From a bacterium (GTDB lineage Bacteria > UBA8248), in NCBI GenBank assembly GCA_965261085.1, contig OZ253442.1, forward strand, positions 1,120,001-1,184,000: 64,000 nucleotides of DNA. Direction: 5' to 3'. The notes below the pieces were generated by a model. The model searched no databases. It had not been told where the DNA came from and saw only the letters and a list, made by a program, of their open reading frames with translations. Made by a program: the position numbers and the translations under genes. The stretch's first letter is position 1; each line of letters opens with the position of its first letter. This document shows, one piece after another, positions 47,601 through 58,263 of the stretch.

Positions 47601-50600
47601 CTCGCAGACCAGGGCGGGGGCATCGTTGGCGGATTCAGTTACCGTGACATCGTCCGTTGCGTTGCCGTCCGCATCCAGTTCCACGATGAACCTGGAGGTC
47701 GTTTCTCTCGAGAAGCCGTCGTCGCACACCGTGCCCCAGCGCCCGGCGTGGAACACCTCGACGCGCCCCGCGAACCCCTCATGCCCATCCGGGTGCGTGT
47801 ACGGTTCCTCCACCGGCAACCCCGACGCGGCCTTGACGTATTCGTAGCCCTCATGATCGGGGGGCAGCGACGGCAGAGGCGTGCCGAGATCCACCGTGAC
47901 GTCCCCGGTGTCCTCGGTGCGGATCACGCTCACCGGGTCGCCCGCCACCGAGCCCTTCGCCACCCGCAGCCCCGTTGCACCGAACGCGAGCGTGCCGTTC
48001 TCCACGCTCACCGGCAGGACCAGGTCCGATGGCGCCCCCGCGAGCACCTTCGCCCGCACCTGGCCGTCCTCCGCCTTCTCCACCGTCACGGTCAGGCGCA
48101 AGGGATCGCCGCCGTTATTACCGGCCAAGTTGAGGACCCTCAGCGCCGTCAGGCCGGAGAACAGCCCGGCGGGAAGTGTCACGAGCCGGTTGCCGTCGAG
48201 GATGATGCTCGTCAGTTCCGACAGCCCCGAGAACAGCCTGGCGGGAATAGTGTCGAGGCCGATGCCGCCCAGAGCGAGTAGCCGCAAACTCGTGAGATCG
48301 GAGAACACCGTCGCAGGGAGCGCGGCCCCCAACGAGGCGTTGCGGTTCAGAGAGAGGTTCTCCATCGCCGTCAGCCCGGAAAACACATCCGAGGGAAGCG
48401 ACTCAAGGGCGTTGTTTGACAGATTGAGAATCCCCAGCGCCGTCAGGCCGGAGAACAGGTCCGAAGGAAGCTCGGTGAGCGAGTTATTTCTCAGTTGGAG
48501 CTCATCCAGCGCCGACAGCCCCGCGAAATCGCCCGACTTGAGCGCCGTGACGTTCTTTCTGACCATGTACAGGTTCGTGATCGTGGCCAGGTCCGCGACG
48601 GTCACCGCGGCGCAGTCATCCACGCCGGAGAGCTCGGCCAGGATTGCGTCCTGCACCTGCTGCGTGCGGTCGCAAATGCCGGGCGTCGGCGTCACCGGAC
48701 CCGCCACAGCCTCGGCGCCGTCGCCGTCGGCGCTCACCACGCGGAGCTGGAAGGTGTGGGGCACCTCGTTGGTGAGCCCTGTCACCGTGAACCCGTCCTG
48801 GTTCGCGCCGCCGACCGCGCTGTTCGCAATCCGCGTCCAGTTCGGGGGATAACCGCCGTCCGTCTTGAACTGGTACTCGTGGCGCATGACGCCCGAATCC
48901 GGCGCGGGCGGGCCCGGGGGCGCCTCGCGGCTCACCGTCACCGTGTAGATCAGGAAGGTGGTGGTGTTCTGGGCCGTCACCTTCACCTTGATGACGGTGT
49001 CGCCCACCGCCACCGGCACCTGGTGGCCGGCCGTCCCGGTGTCCGCGTCGTCGAGCGTCACGTCGGACTCGTCCAGATATTCGATCGTCGCGTTGGTTTC
49101 GTTCTTCGTCGCCGTCACCGTCACCTCGTCGACGGTGCTCTCCACCATCGCCGTGTAGGTGAAGGTGCCCGACGCGAAGGTCACCAGGTCCGTGCCGCCG
49201 GCGGTCACCGTCAGATCGCTCAGCGTCGCGTCCGTCGAGCCCCCCACCATCGTGGAACCGTTCGTCACCGCGGGAACGCCGTCCTCGCCGGTGGTGAACG
49301 AGTCGACCTCGTGACCGTCGCTGTCCGCGATCGCGTCGCCGCCGGCAACCGACTTGTCGTAGCTGACGACGACCGTCTGACCCTGGTAGATAGTAGCTGC
49401 CGTAGTAATCTGCAGGGTTTTATTTGAATAAGCGATGGAGTTAAATCCGACTTCGACGCCATCAACCGTCACGGTGAAGGCAGCCGCTATCGACGCCGGC
49501 AAGATGAACGGCAGCCCGTGAAGGTTCTCACTGAAATTGAGACTGATAACATTCGAGAAACCTGCCGCCACCTCCGCACTGCTGAGCGTCGGCGGGGTGA
49601 CCTCAGTCGAATCGTTGTCGACCGCGGGCACCCCGCTCGCGCCGGTGGTGAAGTCGACGACCTCCTTGCCGGCGGCGTCGTCGAGGGCATTCGTGCCGGC
49701 GGCGGACCGGTCGTAGCTGACGACGACGGCCTGGTTCTTCAGGATCCTGGACGACAGGTTGATCTGCAGGCCGCTGCTGCCGTCCTTCGCGAGGCCCGAA
49801 ATCTCCACCGTGTCGCCGGCGGCGGTGACCGAGAAGGCATCCTTGAGCGCCGCCGGGATGGTCGCTGGAAGGTCGAGGTCCTCGTCGAAAGCGAGTTCGA
49901 TGGCAACGCCGGACGACGCCACCGTCGCGCCGGTGAGCTCGGGCGGTCTGAAATCCGCCGCGGAGTTGTTGACCACCGCCGGAATCCCATCCCTGCCGGT
50001 GGTGAAGTCGACGACCTTGTTGCCGTCGGAGTCCCCGAGGGCCTCGGTGCCGGCGGCGGACTGGTCGTAGGACACGACGACGGTCTGACCCGCTGAGATC
50101 GCGCGTCCCACCGAAACGTTCACCTTAGCCATTCCACCGCTGAAGCCATTGACCGGGACATCGGTACCGTCGACGGTGACGGTGAACGCGCTTCGAATCG
50201 TGATCGTGTAGGTGGGGTGGTCCAGGATCTCGTTGAAGGTCAGAGCGATTCTTTGCCCGTTCGTCGATACCTCGGCGGCGGTCACATAGGGCGGGCCGGT
50301 GTCCGTGCCGTTGACGCGGATTTTAGTGACGGACGAATGGGAAGCCCACGTAGGAACAACAGCATCAGGATCTCTGGAGCGGCGTCTATCCGCGATCTCC
50401 CATCCTGATCCCGGGGCCGCGTCTTGATCGTCTGAAGTAGTACCGGCAAGAAATAACCCGCTGGTGGCATCCGATTGCAATACCAGAAAATATGACCTTT
50501 CGGCGGCGAGGGTGGTCCCGGCGGGCGCCGTGAAGGTGTTGTTGCCCACGACGAGAGGCGTTGGAGCGATGAGGGTCGCGTGGACGGCACCCGGATTCCC

Positions 50601-50969
50601 ACTGCTATCGGCTCTTCTCACCGTCGCCGTCGCGGTGACCCCGGCGGGGTCACCTATTAACTTCACCTCAATGCTGGTCAACGGAAAGCCAGCGGCGCTC
50701 CGTCCGGTCGTGAAGCCCTGCCCAAACTCAAGATTCCTGAACGAGTATGAGCTGTTGCCAGATTCGTCAAAATTGCTCACCAGCTCCGCGGCTTGGGCGG
50801 TTGCGGGCAGGGCGAGGCTGCCGGAGAGCGCGAGCAGCGCCGCGGCGGCCAGCGCGCGTGCGGAGCGGAGGAACCCGCCCGCAAAGCGGCGCCGAAGTCC
50901 GGAAGGGGAACCGTGATGCGCTCTTGAACCGTCGTTCCCTGGAGACGAAGCTATCGCGTGTAACATCAT
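44617..50969 (-). pseudogene. Large autotransporter-like adhesin (SwmB-like repeats, cadherin-like, FN3-like, LRR, SRCR, Calx-beta, beta-barrel) with one frameshift near 47340
   Basis: LRR LxxLxLxxNxLxxLP..FSGL; SRCR GRVEVFHAGRWGTVCDD..IWLDD..HNCTHNEDAG; VTVDYATADGTAKAGADY; terminal barrel ending in W; ORFs 47286-50969 and 44617-47451 join at EDAG/RCW. Confidence 0.8.
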
Positions 50970-51252
50970 TGTCTCACCTTTCCTTTCATGTGGTGCGCCG
51001 CCGTCCCGCTACGGCCGCAAGACCGGCATCCGGGTCGTCCATGACTCATGCTTGTCGGTGGTGGATTAGCTGGTATTCGCCGCCAGGGGATGCGGAACGC
51101 CCCTTCGGGCCGCCGGAATGCTCGCTTCCGGGCGCATCTGTGGCGCAAATGCGCCCAAAAAGGCGCAAAACCCCGCCCGGGCGGGCAGGGCCGTGATCGT
51201 TCCGGCGCCCCAAGCCGGGCCGAAGGCCCGGCTCCCGATCCTTGAAGGCCCG

Positions 51253-51437
51253 GGCTTGAGGCTTGAGGCTTGAGGCTTGAGGCTTGAGGCTTGAGGCTTG
51301 AGGCTTGAGGCTTGAGGCTTGAGGCTTGAGGCTTGAGGCTTGAGGCTTGAGGCTTGAGGCTTGAGGCTTGAGGCTTGAGGCTTGAGGCTTGAGGCTTGAG
51401 GCTTGAGGCTTGAGGCTTGAGGCTTGAGGCTTGAGGC
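51253..51437. repeat. Perfect tandem repeat (GGCTTGA)x26
   Basis: Direct reading: 51253-51434 is 182 bp, 26 units, plus GGC. Confidence 0.97.
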
Positions 51438-51669
51438 GCTCAGTATACTAGGATCCGGCGTCTCACGCAATTTCAGGCCTCTCACCAACTTCCCTTGATA
51501 TTCCATGCGTTCCCTTTTCTTTCTTGCGTTCGTTTCACGAGGCGCGGCATGGAACCCGCAATGGGCCCGGGCGATGCGTCGAACGATACGGAGCCGGCCC
51601 GTGGTACGGAACCTGGCGCCTCCTAGCCAAAGTCTGTTCACTTTCTAGGATAACCGATTCGGACACACC

Positions 51670-51740
51670 TTGTGAAACGGGAAATTTTTGGGCTAGGGAT
51701 AATTAAATTAGTGCAAATGCGGGCCCCTTGCGGGGTGGCG
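51670..51740. repeat. ~70-bp direct repeat, copy downstream of lysR
   Basis: TTGTGAAACG.GAAATTTT..GGCTA.GGGATA...GCAAA.GCGGG.CCCTTGCGGGGTGGCG shared with 52744-52815. Confidence 0.8.
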
Positions 51741-51782
51741 TTTCACAGGCCTTCCAGCCGGAAACGAAGCCCGGCGGACGGT

Positions 51783-52673
51783 TCAGGCCTCCTTCCGTAT
51801 CCATTCCCGGAATGCCCGGACTCCCGGATTGCGCCTCGACTCGGCCGTCGTGATGAGGCAGCACCGAGCGGGCGCTTCGGCCTGCCGCTCGAACAGGGGG
51901 ACCAGTTCGCCTTGTTCCATCTCCCGCTCGATCACCCGCGAGTGTCCCATCGCCGTCCCCATGCCACCCACCGCGGCGGCGACCACCATCGAGTAGAGCC
52001 GGTAGCCCGACGCGCGGGAGAGGTCCGGCGAGAGTTTCCCCTGGCGCGCGAACCAGTACGGCCAGTCCGTGTCCCATCCCAGGTCGTACAGCAGGGGCCA
52101 CTCGTGCAGGTCCACCGGGTCGGCGGGCCTCCCGCGCGCCTCGATGAGGGCCGGGCTGCAGACCGGAAACAGATCCTCCTCATAGAGCGTCTCCTCGTAC
52201 AGCCCCTCCGGGCGCGGCGCGGCGGTCTCGCCGACGTATGCGATCCAGACGTCGAAATCGCGCGCCGCAGTGTCGACGCCCCGGTGGTTGGTCTCAAGCT
52301 CGATGACGACGCCGGGGTGGGACGCCTGGAAATCCGCGAGCCTCGGCATGAGCCACTTCTCGGCGACGGACTCGACCGAAACCAGTTTCAGCCGCCGTGT
52401 CCCCGAATCGCCCCGGCGGCGTTCCGTGACGGCCCCGAGCTCGGCCAGAATGCGCTGGACATCCTTCAGATACGCCTTGCCGCGCCCGTTCAGGCGCACT
52501 CCGCGATGGCCGCGCTCGAACAGCGCGCCGCCGAGATGCGCTTCGAGCACCTTGACGCGGTAGGCAACGGCCGAGGGTGTGACGCTGAGTTCCTCCGCCG
52601 CCTTGGCAAAGCTCTCGCGGCGGGCCGCGACTTCAAAAAAGCGCAGGCAATCGAGCGGCGGAATGGGTGGCAT
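51783..52673 (-). CDS. LysR-family regulator (GcvA/AmpR-like)
   Basis: PPLDCLRFFEVAARRESFAKAAEELSVTPSAVAYRVKVLEAHLG..LFER; WLMPRLADF. Confidence 0.93.
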   Translation of the reverse strand: MPPIPPLDCLRFFEVAARRESFAKAAEELSVTPSAVAYRVKVLEAHLGGALFERGHRGVRLNGRGKAYLKDVQRILAELGAVTERRRGDSGTRRLKLVSVESVAEKWLMPRLADFQASHPGVVIELETNHRGVDTAARDFDVWIAYVGETAAPRPEGLYEETLYEEDLFPVCSPALIEARGRPADPVDLHEWPLLYDLGWDTDWPYWFARQGKLSPDLSRASGYRLYSMVVAAAVGGMGTAMGHSRVIEREMEQGELVPLFERQAEAPARCCLITTAESRRNPGVRAFREWIRKEA

Positions 52674-52743
52674 GGTCGCGTAACTCCCAAGGGGAATGGT
52701 CGTCAGTTTGATCGGCTATCAGGATAAGGGTATTTCACGGGAG

Positions 52744-52815
52744 TTGTGAAACGCGAAATTTTATGGCTACGGGATATTATAATTTGGGCAAACGCGGGGC
52801 CCTTGCGGGGTGGCG
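52744..52815. repeat. ~70-bp direct repeat, copy upstream of lysR
   Basis: Matches 51670-51740. Confidence 0.8.
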
Positions 52816-53382
52816 ATTCCCCGCGCGTATTCCTGGAACGACCGGACGCGCCCGGCGCGTTGCCGGCAACAAGGCTTCGGCCAGGCGGGCGGAGGCGGGC
52901 TGCACGCGCCTCCCGAGCGCACCGGCCGACGTCATCTCAGCTCCCCGGACCCTCTGTGCGCGGGCCAGGCGCCGGCCCAGGATGCAAAAGACGACCGCGC
53001 AGAGAGCGACGCCGCCCACCCCAATCCAGAGGCCCAGCCAGGCCTTTGCATGGACGGCGCCCAAGAGGCGCCTCCTGATCCGCTCGATGCGCGGGTCCGC
53101 CGCGATGAGGGCGATCCGCTCGCTCGTCCGCGCGCCTTCGCGCCACTCGTAGGCCTGGCGCGAATCGGGAGAATATCCCAGGCCGAGCTTGGCCTCGGCC
53201 AGGGCACCCAGGCCTACGACCCGCCATTCATGGGCGCTCGTGGTGCGCCAGACCCTGATGACGGGGACCAGAACGATCGTCAGGAGGAGTCCTATAATCC
53301 CCCAGCGGACGAGCTGGCCCCACATATGGACGTCGTGCAAGAGGGTCTGGCCTCCTCTCAAGGTTGCGTTTCCGAAGGTCAT
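52777..53382 (-). pseudogene. traD: Truncated duplicate of the traD 5' end
   Basis: First ~175 aa nearly identical to 40328-42421; ends before Walker A. Confidence 0.88.
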
Positions 53383-53557
53383 CGTGTCCTCCCGTTCGAG
53401 GTTTCATGGTCGATGGTGCTCCCGGTGTCCACGCTTGGCCTCGCGCCCCGCGGGAGGTCGAGGAGGGTTGGGGCTAAGGGCGCGGGAGCAGATTCTGGAG
53501 AGAGTTTATGGCATGGCGCCCGCTACCTATTGACTCGCAATCAGAGAGGAACGACCC

Positions 53558-53920
53558 ATGCGGAATGACAATCCATCCGGCGGAACCGGCCGGCGCGCCC
53601 GCGCCCTCGTCCTCGGGGGACCCCTCCTCGCGTTTCTCTTCACCCTCTTCGTCCTCACGACCGGGAGCGGGTTCCATCTGATCGTCGGCGTCTGGTTCTG
53701 GGCCGTTCTCTGGACCTTCTCCTCCGCGCTCATGGGCGTCCTGTGGCGGGGAATCCGCCATGGGGACTGGTCCGCCTTCCGCCGCTACGAGTTCCCCGAA
53801 GATGACGGCGAGCGGTTCGATTGGTCGACCCGGACCGGCCGCTACGCCTGGCGCCGGGATTACGAGGAGGGAGGTCTTAACGAGGAAGGGGGTTTTCACG
53901 ATCACGGCCCCATCACCTGA
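53558..53920 (+). CDS. Small two-TM protein convergent with traG, entry-exclusion candidate
   Basis: Two hydrophobic helices, acidic tail, GAGG RBS; position like eex of SXT/IncC. Confidence 0.55.
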   Translation: MRNDNPSGGTGRRARALVLGGPLLAFLFTLFVLTTGSGFHLIVGVWFWAVLWTFSSALMGVLWRGIRHGDWSAFRRYEFPEDDGERFDWSTRTGRYAWRRDYEEGGLNEEGGFHDHGPIT

Positions 53921-56823
53921 TCGCCCGAGAAAGCGCTTCCGGCTTCGCGCTCTTTCCTCTCGTCCTGCTCCTTCCCCTCGGGTCCGGGCGCCGCGTTCCG
54001 TGCGGTGCCGTAGAGTTTCCCCCCCAGCCATTCCCCGATGAACGGGACTTCCTCCGTGGCATGCTCGACAAAGGGCTTGTCGGCCTCCGCCGCGACTTTC
54101 ACGTTGCCTCGTCCGATGCGCCCCCCCGTGACTCCCGTCCGGGCCTCGCGTCCCGCTTCGCGGATATCGAGTTCGGTCTCGATCTCGGCGCGCCCGCGCG
54201 CAGCCCGCTTACCGGCGTCGCCCGGCCCGGGCGTACCGGCGCCCCGCGCCCGCTCGCGCACCGAGTCCGACCAGCCCTCCCAGGCCGCCGCGGTCCCGCT
54301 CACGCCGGACTCTTTCAGTCCCTCGCGCGCCCGTTCGTAACCTGCCGGCCCCGGGGCCGGGCGCACCCCCTCGGGCGCCGGGAAGCGCTCCGCGATGAAG
54401 GCGGCGGCGTGCGCGCGCAACACTTCCGCGTCTTCCGCCGTCTGGGGCGAGGCGAGTCGCATGGCGCCCGACGCCCCGATCTCGCGCCCGTCCGCGCCGG
54501 TACGCGCGCTCAGCCAGGCGAAGAAGGGCTGGCCGAGTTCGCTGTCGACCGCCTGGGAGCTGCCGCGCACCTGGGCCGCCTGGGTGCTCCAGTTCTCCGC
54601 TTCGCGGCGGCTCACCGCTTCTTGCTCGCCGAAGCGGCGCAGCCTCGTCATGTTGGCGCCCAGACTCTCATCCAGGCTCTTGAGTTCGCTCTCCCCCGAG
54701 GCGGTGGAATAGCGCCTCGATGCCTCGGCGGCCCGGGACCAGTGGTCGAGCAACTGGTTCTGCTCGGCGTAGTCGGTCATGCGGTTCCAGGCTTCGCGCC
54801 CGAAGGTCTGGCCCCTCCAGCTCGCCGACCCGTCGGCGCCGAACTTCACGATGAAGTCGAACCCGCCTCCCAGCCTGGCCTCGCCCGTGAGGACGGCGGC
54901 CTGCTCCTTCGAGATGCCGCCGGCTTGGGAGAGTTTTTCGAAGTGGGACTCGAGGCTCTGCGCGCTCAGGCTCTCGTTTTCCGTCACCCCCCTCGCATGG
55001 GTGAGGCCGGTTCGCACGTCCCGGGAAAAACGCTCGACCATGGCGGCGGAATCGGTCGCCGCGGCGGTTCGCGCCGTAGCGGCCTCGGCCGACCAGTGAC
55101 GGGCCTGCTCCAGGGCCGTGCCCGCCCGGTTCTCGTGGCTTGCCGCGAGGGATTCGGAGAGCCTGACGCCCGCCGCGGGGATGCGGCTGGTGGCGGAGCC
55201 TGCGTCCATCACCGCGGCGCCCTCTCCGGTCACGGTATAGGCCGCGCCCCCCGGGGCGAAGCCCGTGTAGCGGTCCGTGTCGACGTGCGCCGAAGTGCGG
55301 AGCTGGTGTCCCTCGAGCGATGCGAAGCGGTGCGTGTCTCCTTGCGTGTTGGCGAGCGAGATGTTGCCCGTCGTACCTTCCTGCGCGGCCGATGAGGCCG
55401 CGTCCTGGCCGACCGAGAGCACCGAGGTCGCGAGGCTGGTCGCCCGGCCCACCCCGTAGGCGAGCGCCGCGGCGAGGAAGGGCACCGACATCGAGAGGTA
55501 GCCCGACATCACCGCCACGTCGGCGGCCACGGCCCGGATCCCCGCCTGGGCCACGAGCGAGACGCCGATATCCCCACCCGGCATGAGCGCACCCGCGCCC
55601 ATACGCTCGGCGGCTTCGCCCATGGCGATGCGGTGCAGGACAGCGTAGAGCGGACCCCAGCTCTGCAACCAGACGAGTCCCGCGAAGTAGGAGCGGAATA
55701 TCCCTTCGCCCGCGGGCGTCAGCATCAACAGGACCGCCATCGGGAAAGCGCCGACGTAGAGGCACTCGAACACGATGCGAAGCATCGGGACCCACGTCTC
55801 CGCCTGTCTGCCGATGGCCCGGTAGGCCGAGACGGTCTGGGCCTCCGCCCTGGCCTCAGTATAGGCCCTGAGCGCGGCGGCGTTTCCGGCTTCGGCGCTC
55901 CATTGCTCACCCGCGCCGTGGACGGCGTTCAGCACCATCTGCTGGCGTAGGATATCGGCCGCGGTCCTCGAAGCCCCGATCAGGTAGTCGTGGGCGGCGG
56001 GCAGCGCGGCCAGCAGTTCGGCCCTCGCCAGCGCCTCGCTCGCCGCTCCGGGGAAGAGTCTACGCCCGAAGATTGCGGAGGCCCTCGCGATCTCCGCCCC
56101 CCAGAGCGCGCCCATTCGCGAGGCGGCTTCGGCGCAGGTCACGATCTCGCGTGTGAGCGGCGTGGCGCCCGTGCCCGCCGGTGCGTCGCGGGTCGCGTAT
56201 TCGACCATGCGCGCGGGCGAGGCCCCGGCCGAGGGTGAGCCCGAAGCGGTGACGAGCGCCCAGAGGTCCGTACTCTCGCGCAGGTCGTCGGCCGATATGT
56301 GGCCCAGCAGCAGGGCGTGGAACACGCACTGCCGCGCATAGGCCCGGAGGTTCCGGGCGAAGACGGCGTCGGTCACCTCCATCCGGGTCGCGGCGGCCGC
56401 GAGCCTGGCGCCGAAGATGAAGCCGTGGCGGCGGTAGGCCAGGTCGTCAGGCAGGGAGAAGGCCTGTTCGGTCAGCCGCGTGAGCCCGTCCCCCACCCGG
56501 CTCGTGAGCGAGGCGAAGAGCGCGAGACCGAGCGGCACGTTCGCCACGACCGCGGGCGCGAGCGCAGGGTCCAGCCTGTCCACCACCCGCACGGTCGCCT
56601 TGGGGACCACCATCGCGCCCCAGACGGCTGTGAAGAGCAGCAGCCACTTCGCGTTGTCCTTCCACGACCCGCCGAAGGCGGTGCGGAAGAGCACCCAGGC
56701 GAGCCCGCAGACGCCGGCGATCCGGGCCAGCGTCACGAAGGCCCCGCCGCCGGTGATCGCGGCGACCGCGTTCAGGAGATCGACGAGGTAGGTCCCGCCG
56801 CCCAGGGTGAAGAGTTCGTACAT
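53902..56823 (-). CDS. traG: F-type TraG mating-pair stabilisation protein
   Basis: MYELFTLGGG..LNAVAA, NVPLGLA, WLQSWGPLYAVL; follows traH. Confidence 0.9.
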   Translation of the reverse strand: MYELFTLGGGTYLVDLLNAVAAITGGGAFVTLARIAGVCGLAWVLFRTAFGGSWKDNAKWLLLFTAVWGAMVVPKATVRVVDRLDPALAPAVVANVPLGLALFASLTSRVGDGLTRLTEQAFSLPDDLAYRRHGFIFGARLAAAATRMEVTDAVFARNLRAYARQCVFHALLLGHISADDLRESTDLWALVTASGSPSAGASPARMVEYATRDAPAGTGATPLTREIVTCAEAASRMGALWGAEIARASAIFGRRLFPGAASEALARAELLAALPAAHDYLIGASRTAADILRQQMVLNAVHGAGEQWSAEAGNAAALRAYTEARAEAQTVSAYRAIGRQAETWVPMLRIVFECLYVGAFPMAVLLMLTPAGEGIFRSYFAGLVWLQSWGPLYAVLHRIAMGEAAERMGAGALMPGGDIGVSLVAQAGIRAVAADVAVMSGYLSMSVPFLAAALAYGVGRATSLATSVLSVGQDAASSAAQEGTTGNISLANTQGDTHRFASLEGHQLRTSAHVDTDRYTGFAPGGAAYTVTGEGAAVMDAGSATSRIPAAGVRLSESLAASHENRAGTALEQARHWSAEAATARTAAATDSAAMVERFSRDVRTGLTHARGVTENESLSAQSLESHFEKLSQAGGISKEQAAVLTGEARLGGGFDFIVKFGADGSASWRGQTFGREAWNRMTDYAEQNQLLDHWSRAAEASRRYSTASGESELKSLDESLGANMTRLRRFGEQEAVSRREAENWSTQAAQVRGSSQAVDSELGQPFFAWLSARTGADGREIGASGAMRLASPQTAEDAEVLRAHAAAFIAERFPAPEGVRPAPGPAGYERAREGLKESGVSGTAAAWEGWSDSVRERARGAGTPGPGDAGKRAARGRAEIETELDIREAGREARTGVTGGRIGRGNVKVAAEADKPFVEHATEEVPFIGEWLGGKLYGTARNAAPGPEGKEQDERKEREAGSAFSGDQVMGP

Positions 56824-56846
56824 GGCTGTTTATCCCTGCTACGGCG

Positions 56847-58259
56847 CTACCGGGCGCCGGCCGCGCCGCGGGAGAAGGCGAGCGCCGCGCGGAGTTCGGC
56901 CGAGAGCGCGCCCGCGAGTTCGGTCTCGATGAGCCTTAGTTTCTCGACCACGGCGAGGGCGGTGTTGAATCGCGCAAGTCCCTCGTGGCGGTGGCGAGCG
57001 AGCGCGGTCCGGTTCCTGCGCAGCCCCTCGCGCCAGCGCGAGAGCCGCTCTCCGTCGGCGACGTCGAGTGCGCCCGCGCGTTCCTCGACCGTGCGGTGTA
57101 AGTCCGATATCCAGACCTGGAGCACGTCGAGCGCCACCGCCTCGGCCAAGGCGTCCACCTCCTGTTCCACCACGGCGCCGCGGTAGGCGGCGGCGGTGTT
57201 CACGATCCGGTAGACCGGAAGCGTCGTCAGGTTGACGAGTCCCAGGGCGTCGGCCGGGGGCGCCGTGTCGGCCCGCACCGCGTCGACGAGGCGGCGGAGC
57301 AGTTCCGCGACCCGGTTCCTGAAGCCCCGCGCCGCGGGCACGGTGAGCCTCCCGAGGACGGGGTTGAGACACTCGGTCGAAGTGTCGCAGCGGTATACGG
57401 GCAAGTCGCCGCCTCCTTCCATCAGGATCTCGGTCACGCGGCGGTCGAGCGCCAGGGGTTCCAGCACGCGCACCCGGGGACCGGAAGGGTCGGAGTCCGA
57501 TACCGGGGCGGTCACGATCACGCTCCCCGATACCGACATGGCGAATTCACCCAGGTCGCGGTCGGACGCCAGGAAGCCCGAGGCGCGCACCGCGCGCCAG
57601 GCGTAGTTCACGTTGACCGGCGCCTGGTCCCTGAGCGCCCCCGCTGCCGCGGCCAGGGTCGAGTGGCGTTTCCCGTCCGCGCCGCAGCCGTGGCGCGCGG
57701 CGGCGTAATCGGAAAAAATGCCCTGCCGCGTCCCGACCGCGGCGCAGATCGCGGCGCTCGCCCGGTCGTTCTTCGACCAGACCGCGCCGACGAGAGCCTG
57801 GGCCGTCTCGCAGGAATCGAGGTTCCGGTTGTTCACCCACTGGGCGAGGGCCCTCAGCTTCGACATGGTCTCTGCGATCACGGGCGAGATGGTCTCGAGG
57901 GCGAGTTCGAAGGCGAAGCCCGCTGCGTTCTGTGCGACGGCGCGGGCGAAGGCGATCATCTGGTCGGAATCGATGAAGGAAAATGCGCCGGCGAACGCGT
58001 CGATGCCGCCGCAACCGGCGCGGTAGGAGGGCAGGCTCACCGTGGCGATGGACTCGGAGCGAACCGGCGCGCGCAGGTAGAGGTTGCCGAGCGTCCAGTG
58101 GCCCGAGGCCTGTCCGTCGAAGGCGGTGGGTCCGGTGGTGTTCACCGCCGCGCCCCGCCAGAAGTTCTCCATCTCCGACATCACGTCCGCGTGCGCGGGC
58201 GCGGCGAGAAGGAGCGCGAGGAGCAGGGCCGGCCCCAGGATTTTTCGTCCGGTGGTCAT
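56847..58259 (-). CDS. traH: F-type TraH
   Basis: PSYRAGCGGIDAFAGAFSFI; LDSCETAQALV. Confidence 0.92.
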   Translation of the reverse strand: MTTGRKILGPALLLALLLAAPAHADVMSEMENFWRGAAVNTTGPTAFDGQASGHWTLGNLYLRAPVRSESIATVSLPSYRAGCGGIDAFAGAFSFIDSDQMIAFARAVAQNAAGFAFELALETISPVIAETMSKLRALAQWVNNRNLDSCETAQALVGAVWSKNDRASAAICAAVGTRQGIFSDYAAARHGCGADGKRHSTLAAAAGALRDQAPVNVNYAWRAVRASGFLASDRDLGEFAMSVSGSVIVTAPVSDSDPSGPRVRVLEPLALDRRVTEILMEGGGDLPVYRCDTSTECLNPVLGRLTVPAARGFRNRVAELLRRLVDAVRADTAPPADALGLVNLTTLPVYRIVNTAAAYRGAVVEQEVDALAEAVALDVLQVWISDLHRTVEERAGALDVADGERLSRWREGLRRNRTALARHRHEGLARFNTALAVVEKLRLIETELAGALSAELRAALAFSRGAAGAR

Positions 58260-58263
58260 CCGT

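Noticed and set aside
51066-51641. ORF with (SSLKPQA)n repeats
   Set aside because: Translation artefact of the heptamer tract; no RBS or domain
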